Below, one piece after another: positions 1 through 10,715 of a stretch of 64,000 nucleotides of DNA. Origin of the DNA: an uncultured Actinomycetota bacterium (lineage in GTDB: Bacteria; Actinomycetota; Acidimicrobiia; Spongiisociales; UBA5794); assembly GCA_963836085.1 (NCBI GenBank), contig CAWIHT010000014.1, forward strand, positions 148,530-212,529, given 5' to 3'. The notes beneath the pieces were generated by a model, which ran no database searches, had not been told where the DNA came from, and saw only the letters and a program-made list of their open reading frames with translations. Both the position numbers and the translations under genes were made by a program. How positions within the stretch are numbered: position 1 is the first letter of the stretch; every line of letters starts with the position of its first letter.

Positions 1-2
1 CG

Positions 3-71
3 CTGGTGACGCTGGTCGATACTGTCGATGAGGCCGTCGAGGCGATCCTCTCGGCGCTCAGCGATCGATGA
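3..71 (+). CDS. 3' end of an upstream gene (C-terminal fragment ...LVTLVDTVDEAVEAILSALSDR*); product unknown
   Basis: Open frame runs to TGA at 69-71, overlapping the next ATG by 4 nt (ATGA). Too short to classify. Confidence 0.3.
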   Translation: MVTLVDTVDEAVEAILSALSDR

Positions 72-1156
72 TCGACCTCGAGAACCTGACCAAGACGTTT
101 CCCGGCGCGCAATCACCCGCGGTCGACCGACTCAACCTGCACGTCGAACGCGGCGAGATCGTCGTGTTCGTCGGTCCCTCGGGATGCGGCAAGACGACGA
201 CGCTGAAGATGATCAACCGCCTCGTCGAGCCGACGTCGGGAACCATCCGGATCGAAGGCAAGTCGGTTGAAGACGTGCCGGTACACGAACTGCGCCGAGG
301 AATCGGGTACGTCATCCAACAGATCGGTCTCTTCCCCCACCGCACCATCCGACAGAACATCGGGACCGTGCCGGGCCTCCTGGACTGGGACAAGGCGAGG
401 ATCAATGAGCGGGTCGACGAACTGACCGAGCTCGTCGCGCTGGATCCCGACATGCTCGATCGCTACCCCGCCGCGCTCTCCGGCGGTCAGCGTCAGAGGG
501 TCGGCGTCGCACGCGCGCTCGCAGCCGACCCGCCGGTTCTCCTGATGGACGAACCGTTCGGAGCCGTCGACCCGATCGTGCGGGCTCACCTCCAGGACGA
601 ACTGCTCTCACTCCAGCAACGGCTCCACAAGACGATCGCCCTGGTCACCCATGACATCGACGAGGCCATCAAGCTCGGAGATCGCGTCGCAATCCTCAGC
701 GAAGGTGGACACCTCGAGCAGTACGGCTCGCCGGCCGAGATCCTCCGCGAACCGGCAAACCCCTTTGTCGCGGACTTCCTCGGAACGGATCGAGGCATCA
801 AACGGCTGTCGCTGATCCCGATCTCGGACCTCGATCTCGAAACCGGTCCGGTCGTCGACCGGAGCGCCTCCCATGCCGAGGCCGTCGCCACCGCCCTCGA
901 GTACGGAACCGACTGGGTCGCCGTTGGCACGGGCACCACCATCGACGGCTGGGTACGCATCGCAAGCATCCCGTCCGACGGTGTCCACGAAGTCGAGGTC
1001 GAACCATTCCTGACACGGCTCGACCGAAGCGCCTCGCTCAAGGAAGCACTCGACGCCGTGGTGTCATCCCACACATCGGTCGCTGCCGTGTTCGACGGAT
1101 CGGAGCTGCTCGGCATGGTGACCGCGGCCGCCATCAGCCGAGAGATCCTCCAGTGA
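68..1156 (+). CDS. Glycine betaine/choline-type osmoprotectant ABC transporter ATP-binding protein with C-terminal CBS pair (OpuCA/ProV-like)
   Basis: Walker A GPSGCGKTT, ABC signature LSGGQRQRV, Walker B LLMDEPFGAVD, C-terminal CBS-like region. Stop overlaps the next start. Confidence 0.85.
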   Translation: MIDLENLTKTFPGAQSPAVDRLNLHVERGEIVVFVGPSGCGKTTTLKMINRLVEPTSGTIRIEGKSVEDVPVHELRRGIGYVIQQIGLFPHRTIRQNIGTVPGLLDWDKARINERVDELTELVALDPDMLDRYPAALSGGQRQRVGVARALAADPPVLLMDEPFGAVDPIVRAHLQDELLSLQQRLHKTIALVTHDIDEAIKLGDRVAILSEGGHLEQYGSPAEILREPANPFVADFLGTDRGIKRLSLIPISDLDLETGPVVDRSASHAEAVATALEYGTDWVAVGTGTTIDGWVRIASIPSDGVHEVEVEPFLTRLDRSASLKEALDAVVSSHTSVAAVFDGSELLGMVTAAAISREILQ

Positions 1157-1839
1157 TCCATCTGGCGCAGACGACCGGCGGGTTCTTCTCGTGGGAGTGG
1201 GTGCTCAATCACCTCGACGACATCTGGGATCGCACGGTCGAACACCTCATTCTCACCGCCATCGCGGTCTCGGTAGGGATGCTGATCAGCCTTGCGCTCT
1301 CGCTGGTTGCTCTCCGGTACCGATGGACCTACTCCCCGATCACGTGGGCCACCGGCATCCTCTACACGATCCCGAGCCTTGCGCTCTTCGCATTCCTGGT
1401 CCCCATCACCGGCCTCTCAATCCTCACCGCTGAGATCGGCCTCGTCTCCTACACCCTCCTGATCCTGATCAGGAACACCGTGGCCGGGATCGACGGCGTA
1501 CCGGCAGCAACGGTCGAATCGGCACGCGGAATGGGATACACCAACCGCGGCCTCTTCTTCTCCGTCGAACTCCCCCTCGCCCTTCCGGTGATCATCGCCG
1601 GCATCCGGATCGCGGCCGTGACGACGATCGGCCTCGTGACGGTGACCGCGCTGATCGGCCAGGGGGGTCTGGGATTCTTCATCCTGCGCGGCCTCAACCT
1701 GTTCTATTCGCCGATCGGCACGACCCAGATCGTCGTCGGCACCGTCGTCTCGGTGATCCTGGCTGTGATCGTCGATCTCAGCCTGGTCGGAGTCGAACGA
1801 TTGGCAACACCGTGGTCGCGGCGGAAGGCGCCGGCATGA
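1153..1839 (+). CDS. Osmoprotectant ABC transporter permease
   Basis: Polytopic membrane protein with BPD-transporter-like core. Translationally coupled to neighbours. Confidence 0.8.
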   Translation: MIHLAQTTGGFFSWEWVLNHLDDIWDRTVEHLILTAIAVSVGMLISLALSLVALRYRWTYSPITWATGILYTIPSLALFAFLVPITGLSILTAEIGLVSYTLLILIRNTVAGIDGVPAATVESARGMGYTNRGLFFSVELPLALPVIIAGIRIAAVTTIGLVTVTALIGQGGLGFFILRGLNLFYSPIGTTQIVVGTVVSVILAVIVDLSLVGVERLATPWSRRKAPA

Positions 1840-2546
1840 TCGAATTCCTCGGCGAGGTCATCGCATGGTTTGGGGATCCGGAGAGTTGGATCGGCCCTTC
1901 GGGGATTCTCAATCGGTTACGGGAACATGTGCAGTTGACCGCAGCCGCAACGATTGCCGCAGCACTGCTCGCGATTCCGCCTGCTTTGTGGCTCGGCCAC
2001 CGACGCCTCGGAGGTACGTTCGTGGTGGCGGTCGTGAACATAGGTCGGGCGATTCCGTCGTTCGCGATTGTGGTCCTGTTCCTTCCGATCAGCATCCGCC
2101 TCGGGCTGGGCATCGGCTTCTGGCCGACCTTCCTGGCGCTCCTCTTCCTCGCCGTGCCACCGATGTTCACCAACACCTACACGGGGATCGCCGGCGTCGA
2201 CCCCGATCTCGTCGAGGCTTCCCGAGGGATGGGCATGACTGATCGCGAGGTGCTCACCAAGGTCGAACTCCCGATGGCCTCTCCGGTGATCCTCGCCGCC
2301 GTCCGGGTCGCGACGGTCCAGGTTGCGGCCACGGCCACGCTCGGGGCGCTCGTCGGCTGGGGCGGACTGGGGCGGTTCATCGTCGATGGATTCTCGGTCC
2401 GCGACAACGTGCTGGTCTTCGCCGGCGCCATCCTCGTGGCAGGACTCGCCATCTTCCTCGAGGTGCTCCTCGGGTGGGTTGAGCGGCGCGTCGTGCCGGA
2501 GACGCTCCAGTCTCGATCGGACGTCGTCGAGACCGTCGTCGCATAG
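1812..2546 (+). CDS. Osmoprotectant ABC transporter permease (second permease; start may be the internal ATG at 1836)
   Basis: Polytopic membrane protein, same family as the upstream permease. Confidence 0.8.
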   Translation: MVAAEGAGMIEFLGEVIAWFGDPESWIGPSGILNRLREHVQLTAAATIAAALLAIPPALWLGHRRLGGTFVVAVVNIGRAIPSFAIVVLFLPISIRLGLGIGFWPTFLALLFLAVPPMFTNTYTGIAGVDPDLVEASRGMGMTDREVLTKVELPMASPVILAAVRVATVQVAATATLGALVGWGGLGRFIVDGFSVRDNVLVFAGAILVAGLAIFLEVLLGWVERRVVPETLQSRSDVVETVVA

Positions 2547-2618
2547 GCGCGGAAGAACCTTGCTGCTTGACGGTTGCCCTCGCTAGGTTCACAGGCAATC
2601 GACATACGGGAGGAACCC

Positions 2619-3536
2619 ATGCGGAAACCACTCCGCAGAACCATCGCTGGGGCGGCCCTCGTCGCGTTCGCGCTCGTCGCGGCCGCGTGCGGGTCGGGTG
2701 GCGACGGTGAAGCCAAAGACGGACCAACGATCAAGATCGGCTCTGCCAACTTCAGCGAAAGCGCCCTCGTCGCTGAGATCTACGCGCAGACCCTCGAAGC
2801 CGAGGGATACCAGGTGGAGCGGAAGCTGAATACCGGGAACCGCGAGATCTACGCGCCGGCTCTCGAATCAGGAGAACTGGACCTGATCCCCGAATACATC
2901 GGGTCCATCCTGACGTACCTCGGCGGGACGGCGTCGTCGAATTCGGACGAGACATACGCCGCGCTCCAAGCAGCATGGGAACCGGCAGGCATCCAGGTGC
3001 TGGACTATGCGCCGGCGCAGGACAAGAACGGGTTCGCCGTGACGCAGGCAACCGCGGACTCTCTCGGTCTCGCGAAGGTCTCGGACCTCGCAGCGGTGAA
3101 CGGGACGCTAGTCCTCGGTGGACCGCCGGAGTGTCCGGAACGAGAATTCTGCTTGAAGGGCCTCGAGAGTGTCTACGGGCTCGAGTTCGCAGAGTTCAAA
3201 CCGCTCGACGCCGGCGGGCCGATCACGGTCGCCGCGCTTGAAGGCGACGAGATCCAGGTCGGTCTGATGTTCACGAGCGACGGCACGATCCTCGCCAAGG
3301 GGTTTGTCCTCCTCGAGGACGACAAGGCGCTTCAGCCGTCGGAGAACCTCGCACCCGCGGTTCGTTCCGAGATCATCGACGCATACGGCGACGACTTCGC
3401 CACGGCGCTCAACGCCGCGTCGCTGAAGCTCACGACGACCGAGCTCGTCTCGCTCAACAAACTCGTCGGCATCGACGGCGAGGACCCGGAGACGGTCGTG
3501 GCCGACTGGTTGAACGCGGTTGGGATTACCGGGTAG
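2619..3536 (+). CDS. Osmoprotectant (glycine betaine/choline) ABC transporter substrate-binding lipoprotein
   Basis: Start MRKPLRRTIAGAALVAFALVAAACGSGG gives a signal peptide plus lipobox. OpuAC/OpuCC-like body. Start is 15 codons inside track ORF 2574. Confidence 0.8.
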   Translation: MRKPLRRTIAGAALVAFALVAAACGSGGDGEAKDGPTIKIGSANFSESALVAEIYAQTLEAEGYQVERKLNTGNREIYAPALESGELDLIPEYIGSILTYLGGTASSNSDETYAALQAAWEPAGIQVLDYAPAQDKNGFAVTQATADSLGLAKVSDLAAVNGTLVLGGPPECPEREFCLKGLESVYGLEFAEFKPLDAGGPITVAALEGDEIQVGLMFTSDGTILAKGFVLLEDDKALQPSENLAPAVRSEIIDAYGDDFATALNAASLKLTTTELVSLNKLVGIDGEDPETVVADWLNAVGITG

Positions 3537-3557
3537 CCGCTGCGCACGAGCTGAGTA

Positions 3558-3591
3558 GTTGAGGGCCGGGACTGGTGTCCCGGCCCTCAAC
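3558..3591. terminator. Perfect 14-bp GC-rich hairpin between convergent genes; putative bidirectional terminator
   Basis: gttgagggccggga-ctggtg-tcccggccctcaac begins 22 nt after the SBP stop and overlaps the stop of the minus-strand gene. It is followed by tcgtttcc. Confidence 0.5.
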
Positions 3592-4405
3592 TCGTTTCCG
3601 GTGCTTCCGTTCCTCGGGCAGCGCCGATCAACACGCCGATCAGGCCGGCGGCAGTGACGACGAAGCCGAGCACGATCAACCAGGCTCCGACGGCGGTCAG
3701 GGAACGCGAGAAGACGGCGTAGCCGTTCTCGACAAGAACGCGGCTGATCGGATCGTCGATGCGCGAGGGAAAGAGTGAACCTCCTGCAACACTCCAGAGC
3801 ACCACGCCACCACCGGCGATCAACACCGCCAGACCAACGATCACCGCAGCGAGAGAACGGCGCCCGGCCAGCATCACAACGGCGACCGCGAGGAACACGG
3901 CAACCGCAGCTGCAACCACCGACACCGCAGGTACCCAACCCGCCGTCCTCACGATCGCCGGCAACGCTTCCTCATCCAGGATGACGACCTCCCCAAACAC
4001 ATCCACCGGGATCCGCTCCGCAAGATTGGGAGAGATCCGTGCGATCGGCTCGACCAGAACGTCACGCACATCGCTCAGATCCGAGACGAACGGTCCTTCC
4101 GCTGCCGACATGACGTGCCGGTGGCCGGCGACGACGAGGTTGTCGATCGCCGGGTCGAATGCTCCCGAGTCCAGGATCACAACAATCGCCCGTTCCCCGG
4201 CACCGCGAACCAACGCCAGGAGCGGCACGGCATCGATCGCTTCATCCATCAATCGCTCCGCCAGCGCCTGCTGAGACGTGTCCATCTCGAGGACTTCGGT
4301 CGCGAGATCGAGAAACGCTGCTTCCTGCACGACGGCGCGATCCAGCCAGAACGCGATGGCGGCGACGAAGGTCAGAATCGAGATCAGTGCCCCGATTGCG
4401 ATCAC
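3587..4405 (-). CDS. Hypothetical membrane protein (N-terminal TM, ~150-aa extracytoplasmic region, 3 C-terminal TMs)
   Basis: Long ORF with hydrophobic segments. No recognisable family. Confidence 0.5.
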   Translation of the reverse strand: MIAIGALISILTFVAAIAFWLDRAVVQEAAFLDLATEVLEMDTSQQALAERLMDEAIDAVPLLALVRGAGERAIVVILDSGAFDPAIDNLVVAGHRHVMSAAEGPFVSDLSDVRDVLVEPIARISPNLAERIPVDVFGEVVILDEEALPAIVRTAGWVPAVSVVAAAVAVFLAVAVVMLAGRRSLAAVIVGLAVLIAGGGVVLWSVAGGSLFPSRIDDPISRVLVENGYAVFSRSLTAVGAWLIVLGFVVTAAGLIGVLIGAARGTEAPETS

Positions 4406-4566
4406 CGTGACGATGGAACGGATAGTTCACTCCTCAGATGCCACGCGAACCCTACAGATCGGTTCAGACAACGCTCCCAAAGGGAATCGGACTCGCGAAC
4501 CACGAAACGACTAGCGTTGGATCGACCGATCCTCGTGGATCGGTTCCTCTAGGGAAGGAGGCACCC

Positions 4567-6291
4567 TTGAAACGAATCAGCAAACTACTCATCCTCGTCT
4601 TCGCGATGGCCCTCATCGCTGCGGCATGTGCCGGCACGTCGGACGATACGACGACCACCACAGCCGCCGAAGGCGGTACGGATGAAACAACGACGACGGC
4701 GGCTGCCGAGACCACGACAACGACCACCGTTGCCCCCGATCCTGGCTTCGAAGGCTATGTCCTCGATGCCGGCGGTTGCGACTACGGAGGCCGTATCGAG
4801 ACACTCTCGGCTCTCGACGAGTACACCGTTGAATTCGACCTGTGTGGACCGCACCCTGCGTTCCTGCAGCAGATTGCGTTCAGCGTCTTCGGCATCCAGT
4901 CCGAAGAGAACCTTGAAGCGACGGGCGGAGCACCGCTCGATGTTCCGGTCGGCACCGGTCCGTACATGCTCGAGGAGTGGGTTCGCGGTGACTCCGTCAT
5001 CTATACGAACTACCCCGACTACTACGGAACGCCCGCTCCGCATCAGACGGCTGTCTTGAAGTGGTCCACGGAGAGCGCCGGACGACTCCTCGAACTGCAG
5101 AGCGGCAATGCCTCCGGCATGACGTTCCCGGGCCCGGAGGACTTCGCGACGATCGAGGCGGATCCCAATCTGGTGTTGCTCGACAAGCCAGAGCCGAACA
5201 TCTTCTACATGGGATTCACGAACACGTTCGAACCGTGGAACGACGTCAACGTACGCAAGGCCGTTGCCCTGGGCATCGACCGTCAGCGTCTCGTCGATAC
5301 GTTCTACCCGCCGGGATCGGAAACCGCATCGCACTTCACCCCGTGCTCCGTCGAGAACGGTTGTCAGGGTGATCCGTGGTACGACTTCGACGTTGAGGCC
5401 GCCCAGGCGCTCCTCGCTGAGGCTGGCTACGCCGACGGGTTCGACACCACGATCTACTACCGCGACGTCACACGCGGCTACCTGCCCACCCCGGGCAACG
5501 TCGCCGCCGACATCCAGGCCCAGCTCAAGGAGAACCTGAACATCAACGCTCAGGTCGAGGTCATGGAATCAGGCGAGTTCATCCAGACGTCCTCCGCGGG
5601 CGGCCTGGACGGTATTCACCTGCTGGGATGGACGGGCGACTACCCGCACGTCACGAACTTCCTGGACTTCCACTTCGCAGAGACGAACGCTCAGTTCGGC
5701 GATCCCTATCCGGAGATCTACGAACCGCTCGCTGAGGCGGCCCAAACGGCCGATCCGGCGGCAGCAGCTCCGCTCTACGAGGAAGCGAACAACGCCATCA
5801 AGGAACTGGTACCGATGGTTGCGGTCGCTCACGCCGGTAGCGCCTTCGGCGCCACCGCGGACGTGACTGGCGCCTATGCCCCGCCGTGGGGTCAGGTCTT
5901 GTTCAACTTCTGGGACAACGGAACCGACACCATGGTCTTCGTGCAGGGCAACGAGCCCATCTCGCTGTACTGCGCCGATGAGACCGACGGTGAATCGCTC
6001 CGGGCCTGCGCCCAGATCGTCGAACCCCTCTACAGCTACACACCGGACGGCGCGGTTCAGCCGCAGCTTGCAACCGAGTGTGTGCCGAATGAGGATCTGT
6101 CCATCTGGACGTGCTCGCTCCGACAGGGCGTCACGTTCCACGATGGCACGACCTTCGACGCGAACGATGTCGTGGTTTCGTACACGGCTGGTCTCGATGT
6201 GGCGAGTCCTCTGCACACCGGCAACAGCGGTGTGTTCGAGTACTACGACTACCTCTGGGGCTTGATCAACGCTCCGGCGGCCGAGGGCTAG
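4567..6291 (+). CDS. Peptide/nickel (family 5) ABC transporter substrate-binding lipoprotein, DppA/OppA-like
   Basis: TTG start 6 nt after AGGGAAGGAGG. LKRISKLLILVFAMALIAAACAG gives a signal peptide plus lipobox. Thr-rich linker, then SBP_bac_5-like body. Confidence 0.85.
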   Translation: MKRISKLLILVFAMALIAAACAGTSDDTTTTTAAEGGTDETTTTAAAETTTTTTVAPDPGFEGYVLDAGGCDYGGRIETLSALDEYTVEFDLCGPHPAFLQQIAFSVFGIQSEENLEATGGAPLDVPVGTGPYMLEEWVRGDSVIYTNYPDYYGTPAPHQTAVLKWSTESAGRLLELQSGNASGMTFPGPEDFATIEADPNLVLLDKPEPNIFYMGFTNTFEPWNDVNVRKAVALGIDRQRLVDTFYPPGSETASHFTPCSVENGCQGDPWYDFDVEAAQALLAEAGYADGFDTTIYYRDVTRGYLPTPGNVAADIQAQLKENLNINAQVEVMESGEFIQTSSAGGLDGIHLLGWTGDYPHVTNFLDFHFAETNAQFGDPYPEIYEPLAEAAQTADPAAAAPLYEEANNAIKELVPMVAVAHAGSAFGATADVTGAYAPPWGQVLFNFWDNGTDTMVFVQGNEPISLYCADETDGESLRACAQIVEPLYSYTPDGAVQPQLATECVPNEDLSIWTCSLRQGVTFHDGTTFDANDVVVSYTAGLDVASPLHTGNSGVFEYYDYLWGLINAPAAEG

Positions 6292-6310
6292 ACCCCTCGA
6301 GCAACTCGTA

Positions 6311-6343
6311 GGAAGCGGGGGAGGCAGCGCCTCCCCCGCTTCC
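6311..6343. terminator. Perfect 15-bp hairpin between the SBP gene and first permease gene; putative partial terminator or attenuator
   Basis: ggaagcgggggaggc-agc-gcctcccccgcttcc lies 20 nt after the dppA-like stop and 23 nt before the dppB-like ATG. Confidence 0.45.
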
Positions 6344-6365
6344 GTCTACGCTCCCTCCTACACAC

Positions 6366-7445
6366 ATGCTCGGATTCATCACACGGCGCACCCTGTTTGC
6401 GATCCCGGTTCTGCTCGGGATCATCATTGTCGTGTTCTTCCTGATCCGGGCGATCCCGGGAGATCCCTGCACCTCGCTGCTCGGCGAGCGAGCCACCGAG
6501 GAGGCCTGCGAACGCTTCAACGAAGCCAACGGCCTCAACGATCCGATCTGGGTCCAACTGGGCATCTACATGAAGAATGTGTTTACGTTCAACCTCGGTG
6601 AATCGGTTCGGTTCTCCCGGCCCGTCAACCAACTGCTCATCGAGCGGCTTCCGCTCACCATTGAACTTGCGCTGTCTGCGCTCACGATCGCCATTGCCGT
6701 CGGCGTCCCCCTCGGCATCATTGCGGCACGCAAGCACAACACAGCGATCGACTCTGCGACCATGGCCTTCGCCAACGTCGGTGTGTCGATGCCGGTGTTC
6801 TGGCTCGGCCTGATGCTCGCCTACGTCTTCGCCCTCGTGTTGAAGGACACCCCGTTTGCCTTGCCGCCGTCCGGACGACTTTCTGCCGGTCTGTTCCCAG
6901 TGCCCTACTACGAGGCATGGCAGTGGAACCTCCAGGAGGGCACGTTCTGGGCCACCGCCAACGAGTTCGTCGCCAACTTCTACATCTTCAACTCGCTCAT
7001 CACCGCGCAGTGGGAGGTGTTCTGGGACGCCATTCGCCACATGATCCTGCCCGCGATCGCTCTCGCCACCATCCCGATGGCGATCATCGCACGCATCACC
7101 CGCAGCTCACTACTCGAGGTGATGGGCAAGGACTACATCCGCACCGCACGCGCCAAGGGAGCCAAGGAATCCCGGGTCGTCCGCAACCACGCGCTGCGCA
7201 ACTCCCTCCTCCCGGTCGTCACCATCATCGGGCTCTCCCTCGGCGGACTCTTGGGTGGTGCCGTGCTCACCGAGACGGTCTTCAACCTCGCCGGCGTCGG
7301 ACGCGCCCTGTTCGACGCCATCACCGGACGTGACTACGCCGTGGTGCAGGGCTTCACCGTCGTCATCGCGCTCGGATACGTGATGGTGAACCTGCTCGTC
7401 GACCTGTCGTACGGGTATCTCGACCCGAGGATCAGAGTCAAGTGA
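6366..7445 (+). CDS. Dipeptide/oligopeptide ABC transporter permease (DppB-like)
   Basis: Polytopic membrane protein with an ABC permease EAA-like loop. Operon context. Confidence 0.85.
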   Translation: MLGFITRRTLFAIPVLLGIIIVVFFLIRAIPGDPCTSLLGERATEEACERFNEANGLNDPIWVQLGIYMKNVFTFNLGESVRFSRPVNQLLIERLPLTIELALSALTIAIAVGVPLGIIAARKHNTAIDSATMAFANVGVSMPVFWLGLMLAYVFALVLKDTPFALPPSGRLSAGLFPVPYYEAWQWNLQEGTFWATANEFVANFYIFNSLITAQWEVFWDAIRHMILPAIALATIPMAIIARITRSSLLEVMGKDYIRTARAKGAKESRVVRNHALRNSLLPVVTIIGLSLGGLLGGAVLTETVFNLAGVGRALFDAITGRDYAVVQGFTVVIALGYVMVNLLVDLSYGYLDPRIRVK

Positions 7446-8401
7446 GTCTCTTCAACCGGACCAAGGACATCGAGCAACTCGAAGGCATCACCGAGCAGAC
7501 CGACTTGCTGGGGAAACCCTCGAGCCAATGGAGTCTCGCGCTTCGACGCTTCCGCGGCCGCAAATCCGGCATGATCGGCCTCGGCATCGTCACGGCGCTG
7601 GTCATCATGGCCATCTTTGCGCCAATCCTTGCCCCATACGAGCCAAACGAGGTCCTGATCGGCAAGGAAGACGTCGGACCCCGTGACCCGCCGTGCGTAC
7701 ACGTCCTCGGGTGCTCTGAGGACAAGCCTCAGCACGTGATGGGTATCGACGGGAACGTCCGCGACGAGTTCTCACGGGTGATCTACGGGTCACGGGTCAG
7801 CCTCACCCTCGGCTTCTTCACCGTGACCATTGCTTTGCTCGTCGGTAGTTCGCTCGGCGCGATCGCAGGCTTCACCGGCGGGTGGCTCGACAACGTCATC
7901 ATGCGGATCATGGACGTGATTCTGGGATTCCCATCCCTGCTCCTGGCGATCGCGATCGTCGCCGTGCTTGGACCGGGGCTCCGCAACGCGCTCATCGCGA
8001 TCGCGATCGTCACCGTGCCCGCCTACGCACGCGTGATGCGCGCTCAGGTGCTCTCGATCAAGGAGAGCGATTACGTCTCCGCGTCGCGGGCACTCGGCGC
8101 GGCACCGCGCCAACTGTTGATTCGCCGTGTCGTTCCCAACGCCCTCACCCCGCTCGTGGTGCTCGCCACGCTCGGTGTCGCAACGGCGATCCTCGAAGCT
8201 GCCGGCCTGTCGTTCCTCGGCCTCGGGGCGCAGCCGCCGACCGCCGAGTGGGGCTCCATGCTGGCCTCCGAGCGAAACCAGTTGTTCACCGCCCCACACC
8301 TCGTCTTCTTCCCCGGCCTCGCAATCATGCTGACCGTGCTCGGTTTCAACCTCATGGGCGACGGCCTGCGCGACGCCCTCGACCCGGCACTCAACCGATG
8401 A
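7442..8401 (+). CDS. Dipeptide/oligopeptide ABC transporter permease (DppC-like)
   Basis: GTG start overlaps the upstream stop. BPD_transp_1-type permease. Confidence 0.85.
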   Translation: MSLFNRTKDIEQLEGITEQTDLLGKPSSQWSLALRRFRGRKSGMIGLGIVTALVIMAIFAPILAPYEPNEVLIGKEDVGPRDPPCVHVLGCSEDKPQHVMGIDGNVRDEFSRVIYGSRVSLTLGFFTVTIALLVGSSLGAIAGFTGGWLDNVIMRIMDVILGFPSLLLAIAIVAVLGPGLRNALIAIAIVTVPAYARVMRAQVLSIKESDYVSASRALGAAPRQLLIRRVVPNALTPLVVLATLGVATAILEAAGLSFLGLGAQPPTAEWGSMLASERNQLFTAPHLVFFPGLAIMLTVLGFNLMGDGLRDALDPALNR

Positions 8402-9483
8402 CCGACGCGACTCCCGCCCCCGACCAGGTCAGCCCGCTGCCACCCCGCCGAGGCGAGGCAGGCGAGGTACTCCTCGACATCCGGGGGCTGAAGACCCACT
8501 TCGACACCCGCGAGGGCGTGGTCAAGGCCGTCGACGAGGTTACGTTCCACATCAACCGCGGCGAGGTACTCGGCTTGGTGGGCGAGTCCGGCTGCGGCAA
8601 GTCGGTCACCTCGCTCTCGATCATGGGACTCATCCCCCACCCAGGAGCGGTCGTTGCCGGCCAGGTCCTCTTCGATGGCAAGGACATCACCGAAATGAAA
8701 CCGGACGATGTCCGGAAGCTGCGCGGCGAGCACGTCTCAATGATCTTCCAACAGCCCGGCTCAGCGCTCAACCCAGTGCAGCGGGCCGGAGTCCAGATCA
8801 AAGAGGTCTACAAGCTCCACCGCGACTGGTCGAAGGACATCGAGCAGGAGAAGGTCATCGAACAGCTCGAGCAGGTCGGCATCCCCGATCCCGAGTCCCG
8901 GGCAAAGGCCTACCCGCACGAGCTCTCCGGCGGCATGGGCCAGCGCGTGATGATCGCCATGGCGCTCGCGTGCGAGCCGGAGCTCCTCATCGCCGACGAG
9001 CCGACGACTGCCCTCGACGTGACGATCCAAGCCCAGATCCTCGACCTGATCCGCGACCTCCAGGAGTCCTCGAACACCGCCGTACTGTTGATCACACACG
9101 ACCTCGGTGTCGTCGCCGAGATGGCCGACCGGGTTGCGGTGATGTACGCCGGCGAGATCGTCGAACAGACCGATGTGCGCACGATCTTCAAGCAGCCGAT
9201 GCATCCGTACACGAAAGGCCTGATCGGTTCGATCCCGATTCTCGGGCAGCTCGTCGACATGCTCGACACGATCCCGGGCATTGTGCCGTCGCTCATCGAC
9301 CTTCCGCCCGGCTGCCGATTCGCGGCACGCTGCTCGGCCCGGGTCGAGAACGACCTCGAGATCTGCACACAGAAGGAGCCACAACTCCTCGAGATCGCAC
9401 CCGGCCATGAGGTGCGATGCTGGCTCTATGAGGAGACGAACACGGCAACGGACGCTGACACCGACGAGGATGCCGATGGCTGA
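8398..9483 (+). CDS. Dipeptide/oligopeptide ABC transporter ATP-binding protein (DppD-like)
   Basis: True start is [10 protein letters not shown] at codon 173 of track ORF 7882. Walker A GESGCGKS, signature [10 protein letters not shown]-terminal oligopeptide-ABC extension. Confidence 0.85.
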   Translation: MTDATPAPDQVSPLPPRRGEAGEVLLDIRGLKTHFDTREGVVKAVDEVTFHINRGEVLGLVGESGCGKSVTSLSIMGLIPHPGAVVAGQVLFDGKDITEMKPDDVRKLRGEHVSMIFQQPGSALNPVQRAGVQIKEVYKLHRDWSKDIEQEKVIEQLEQVGIPDPESRAKAYPHELSGGMGQRVMIAMALACEPELLIADEPTTALDVTIQAQILDLIRDLQESSNTAVLLITHDLGVVAEMADRVAVMYAGEIVEQTDVRTIFKQPMHPYTKGLIGSIPILGQLVDMLDTIPGIVPSLIDLPPGCRFAARCSARVENDLEICTQKEPQLLEIAPGHEVRCWLYEETNTATDADTDEDADG

Positions 9484-10495
9484 ACCACTCGTGCAGATCA
9501 AGAACCTCGTCAAGCAGTTCCCGGTCCGGGGCGGCGTCTTCCAGCGTCAGATCGCGACCGTTGACGCCGTCGACGGTGTGGACCTCGACATCATGGCGGG
9601 GCAATCCGTCGGACTCGTCGGCGAGTCCGGATGCGGCAAGACGACGCTGGGTCGGATGCTGGTCCGGCTCCTCGAGCCGACGTCGGGTTCGATCATCTTC
9701 GACGGCGAAGACATCACTCACCTAAAACAGAAGCAGCTCAAGCCATTCCGGAACCGGGTTCAGATCATCTTCCAGGACCCGTACTCTTCGCTGGACCCGC
9801 GCACACAGGTCGGCGAGTCGATCTCGGAGGGGTTGAAGCTCCACGGCGTTGGGAATCGGAAGGAGCGCAGGGAGCGCGTCAATCGAATGCTCGACCTCGT
9901 CGGACTCGAACCGGGCCATGCCAACCGCTACCCACACGAATTCTCAGGTGGCCAGCGCCAGCGCATCGGCCTCGCCCGGGCCCTCATCCTCGAGCCGGAC
10001 TTCGTTGTTGCCGATGAGCCGGTGTCGGCACTCGATGTCTCGGTGCAGGCTCAGGTGCTCAACCTCTTGAAGGAACTCCAGCGGGAACTCGATCTGACAC
10101 TGCTGTTCATCGCCCACAACCTCGGCGTGGTGGAACACATCTCCGACCGAGTGGCGGTCATGTACCTCGGACGGATCGTCGAGATCACCGACCGTGAAGC
10201 CCTCTACGCCAAGCCGACCCATCCGTACACCCAGGCGCTGCTTTCTGCGATCCCGATCCCGGACCCGGATCGTCCCCGCAACCGCACAATCCTCCAGGGT
10301 GACGTCCCTTCGCCGATCAATCCGCCTCCCGGTTGCCACTTCCACCCGCGATGCACGATCGCCCAGCCGGGCATCTGCGATGTCGAGATCCCCACGCTGC
10401 TTCAGGTTGGGGACGACCCCGAACACCTCGCCGCCTGCCACGTCCGCACCGGCGCATACCAGCACCTCGAACCCCCGGTCCTGAAGAAGCCGTAG
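9476..10495 (+). CDS. Dipeptide/oligopeptide ABC transporter ATP-binding protein (DppF-like)
   Basis: Start [11 protein letters not shown] inside track ORF 9281. Walker [10 protein letters not shown], signature FSGGQRQRI. Confidence 0.85.
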   Translation: MAEPLVQIKNLVKQFPVRGGVFQRQIATVDAVDGVDLDIMAGQSVGLVGESGCGKTTLGRMLVRLLEPTSGSIIFDGEDITHLKQKQLKPFRNRVQIIFQDPYSSLDPRTQVGESISEGLKLHGVGNRKERRERVNRMLDLVGLEPGHANRYPHEFSGGQRQRIGLARALILEPDFVVADEPVSALDVSVQAQVLNLLKELQRELDLTLLFIAHNLGVVEHISDRVAVMYLGRIVEITDREALYAKPTHPYTQALLSAIPIPDPDRPRNRTILQGDVPSPINPPPGCHFHPRCTIAQPGICDVEIPTLLQVGDDPEHLAACHVRTGAYQHLEPPVLKKP

Positions 10496-10505
10496 CTTCG
10501 ACAAT

Positions 10506-10529
10506 CGTCCCCCAACGAAGTGGGGGACG
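10506..10529. terminator. 9-bp GC hairpin right after the dpp operon stop
   Basis: cgtccccca-acgaag-tgggggacg lies 11 nt after TAG. No U-tract, as is usual in high-GC genomes. Confidence 0.4.
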
Positions 10530-10715
10530 CGGATTCGCCCTTGCGAATCTGCAGGGGGGCAGAGCGAGCGCCGAAGCGTGAGGAGCCGATCCACACCTCG
10601 TCGTGATGCGGCGCTGTCTCAAGACACTCTGCCTTCTCCCAACCGAGGAAACCGCCGATGCGAAAGTCGTATGGCACGCACGGTCATCGGGCGGTACGCT
10701 CAGGGCGGAGGAGCC

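Noticed and set aside
7882-8397. Upstream extensions of the dppD-like and dppF-like ORFs (7882-8397 and 9281-9475)
   Set aside because: They are out-of-frame overlaps with the preceding genes and low complexity. Conserved ABC N-termini begin at 8398 and 9476.
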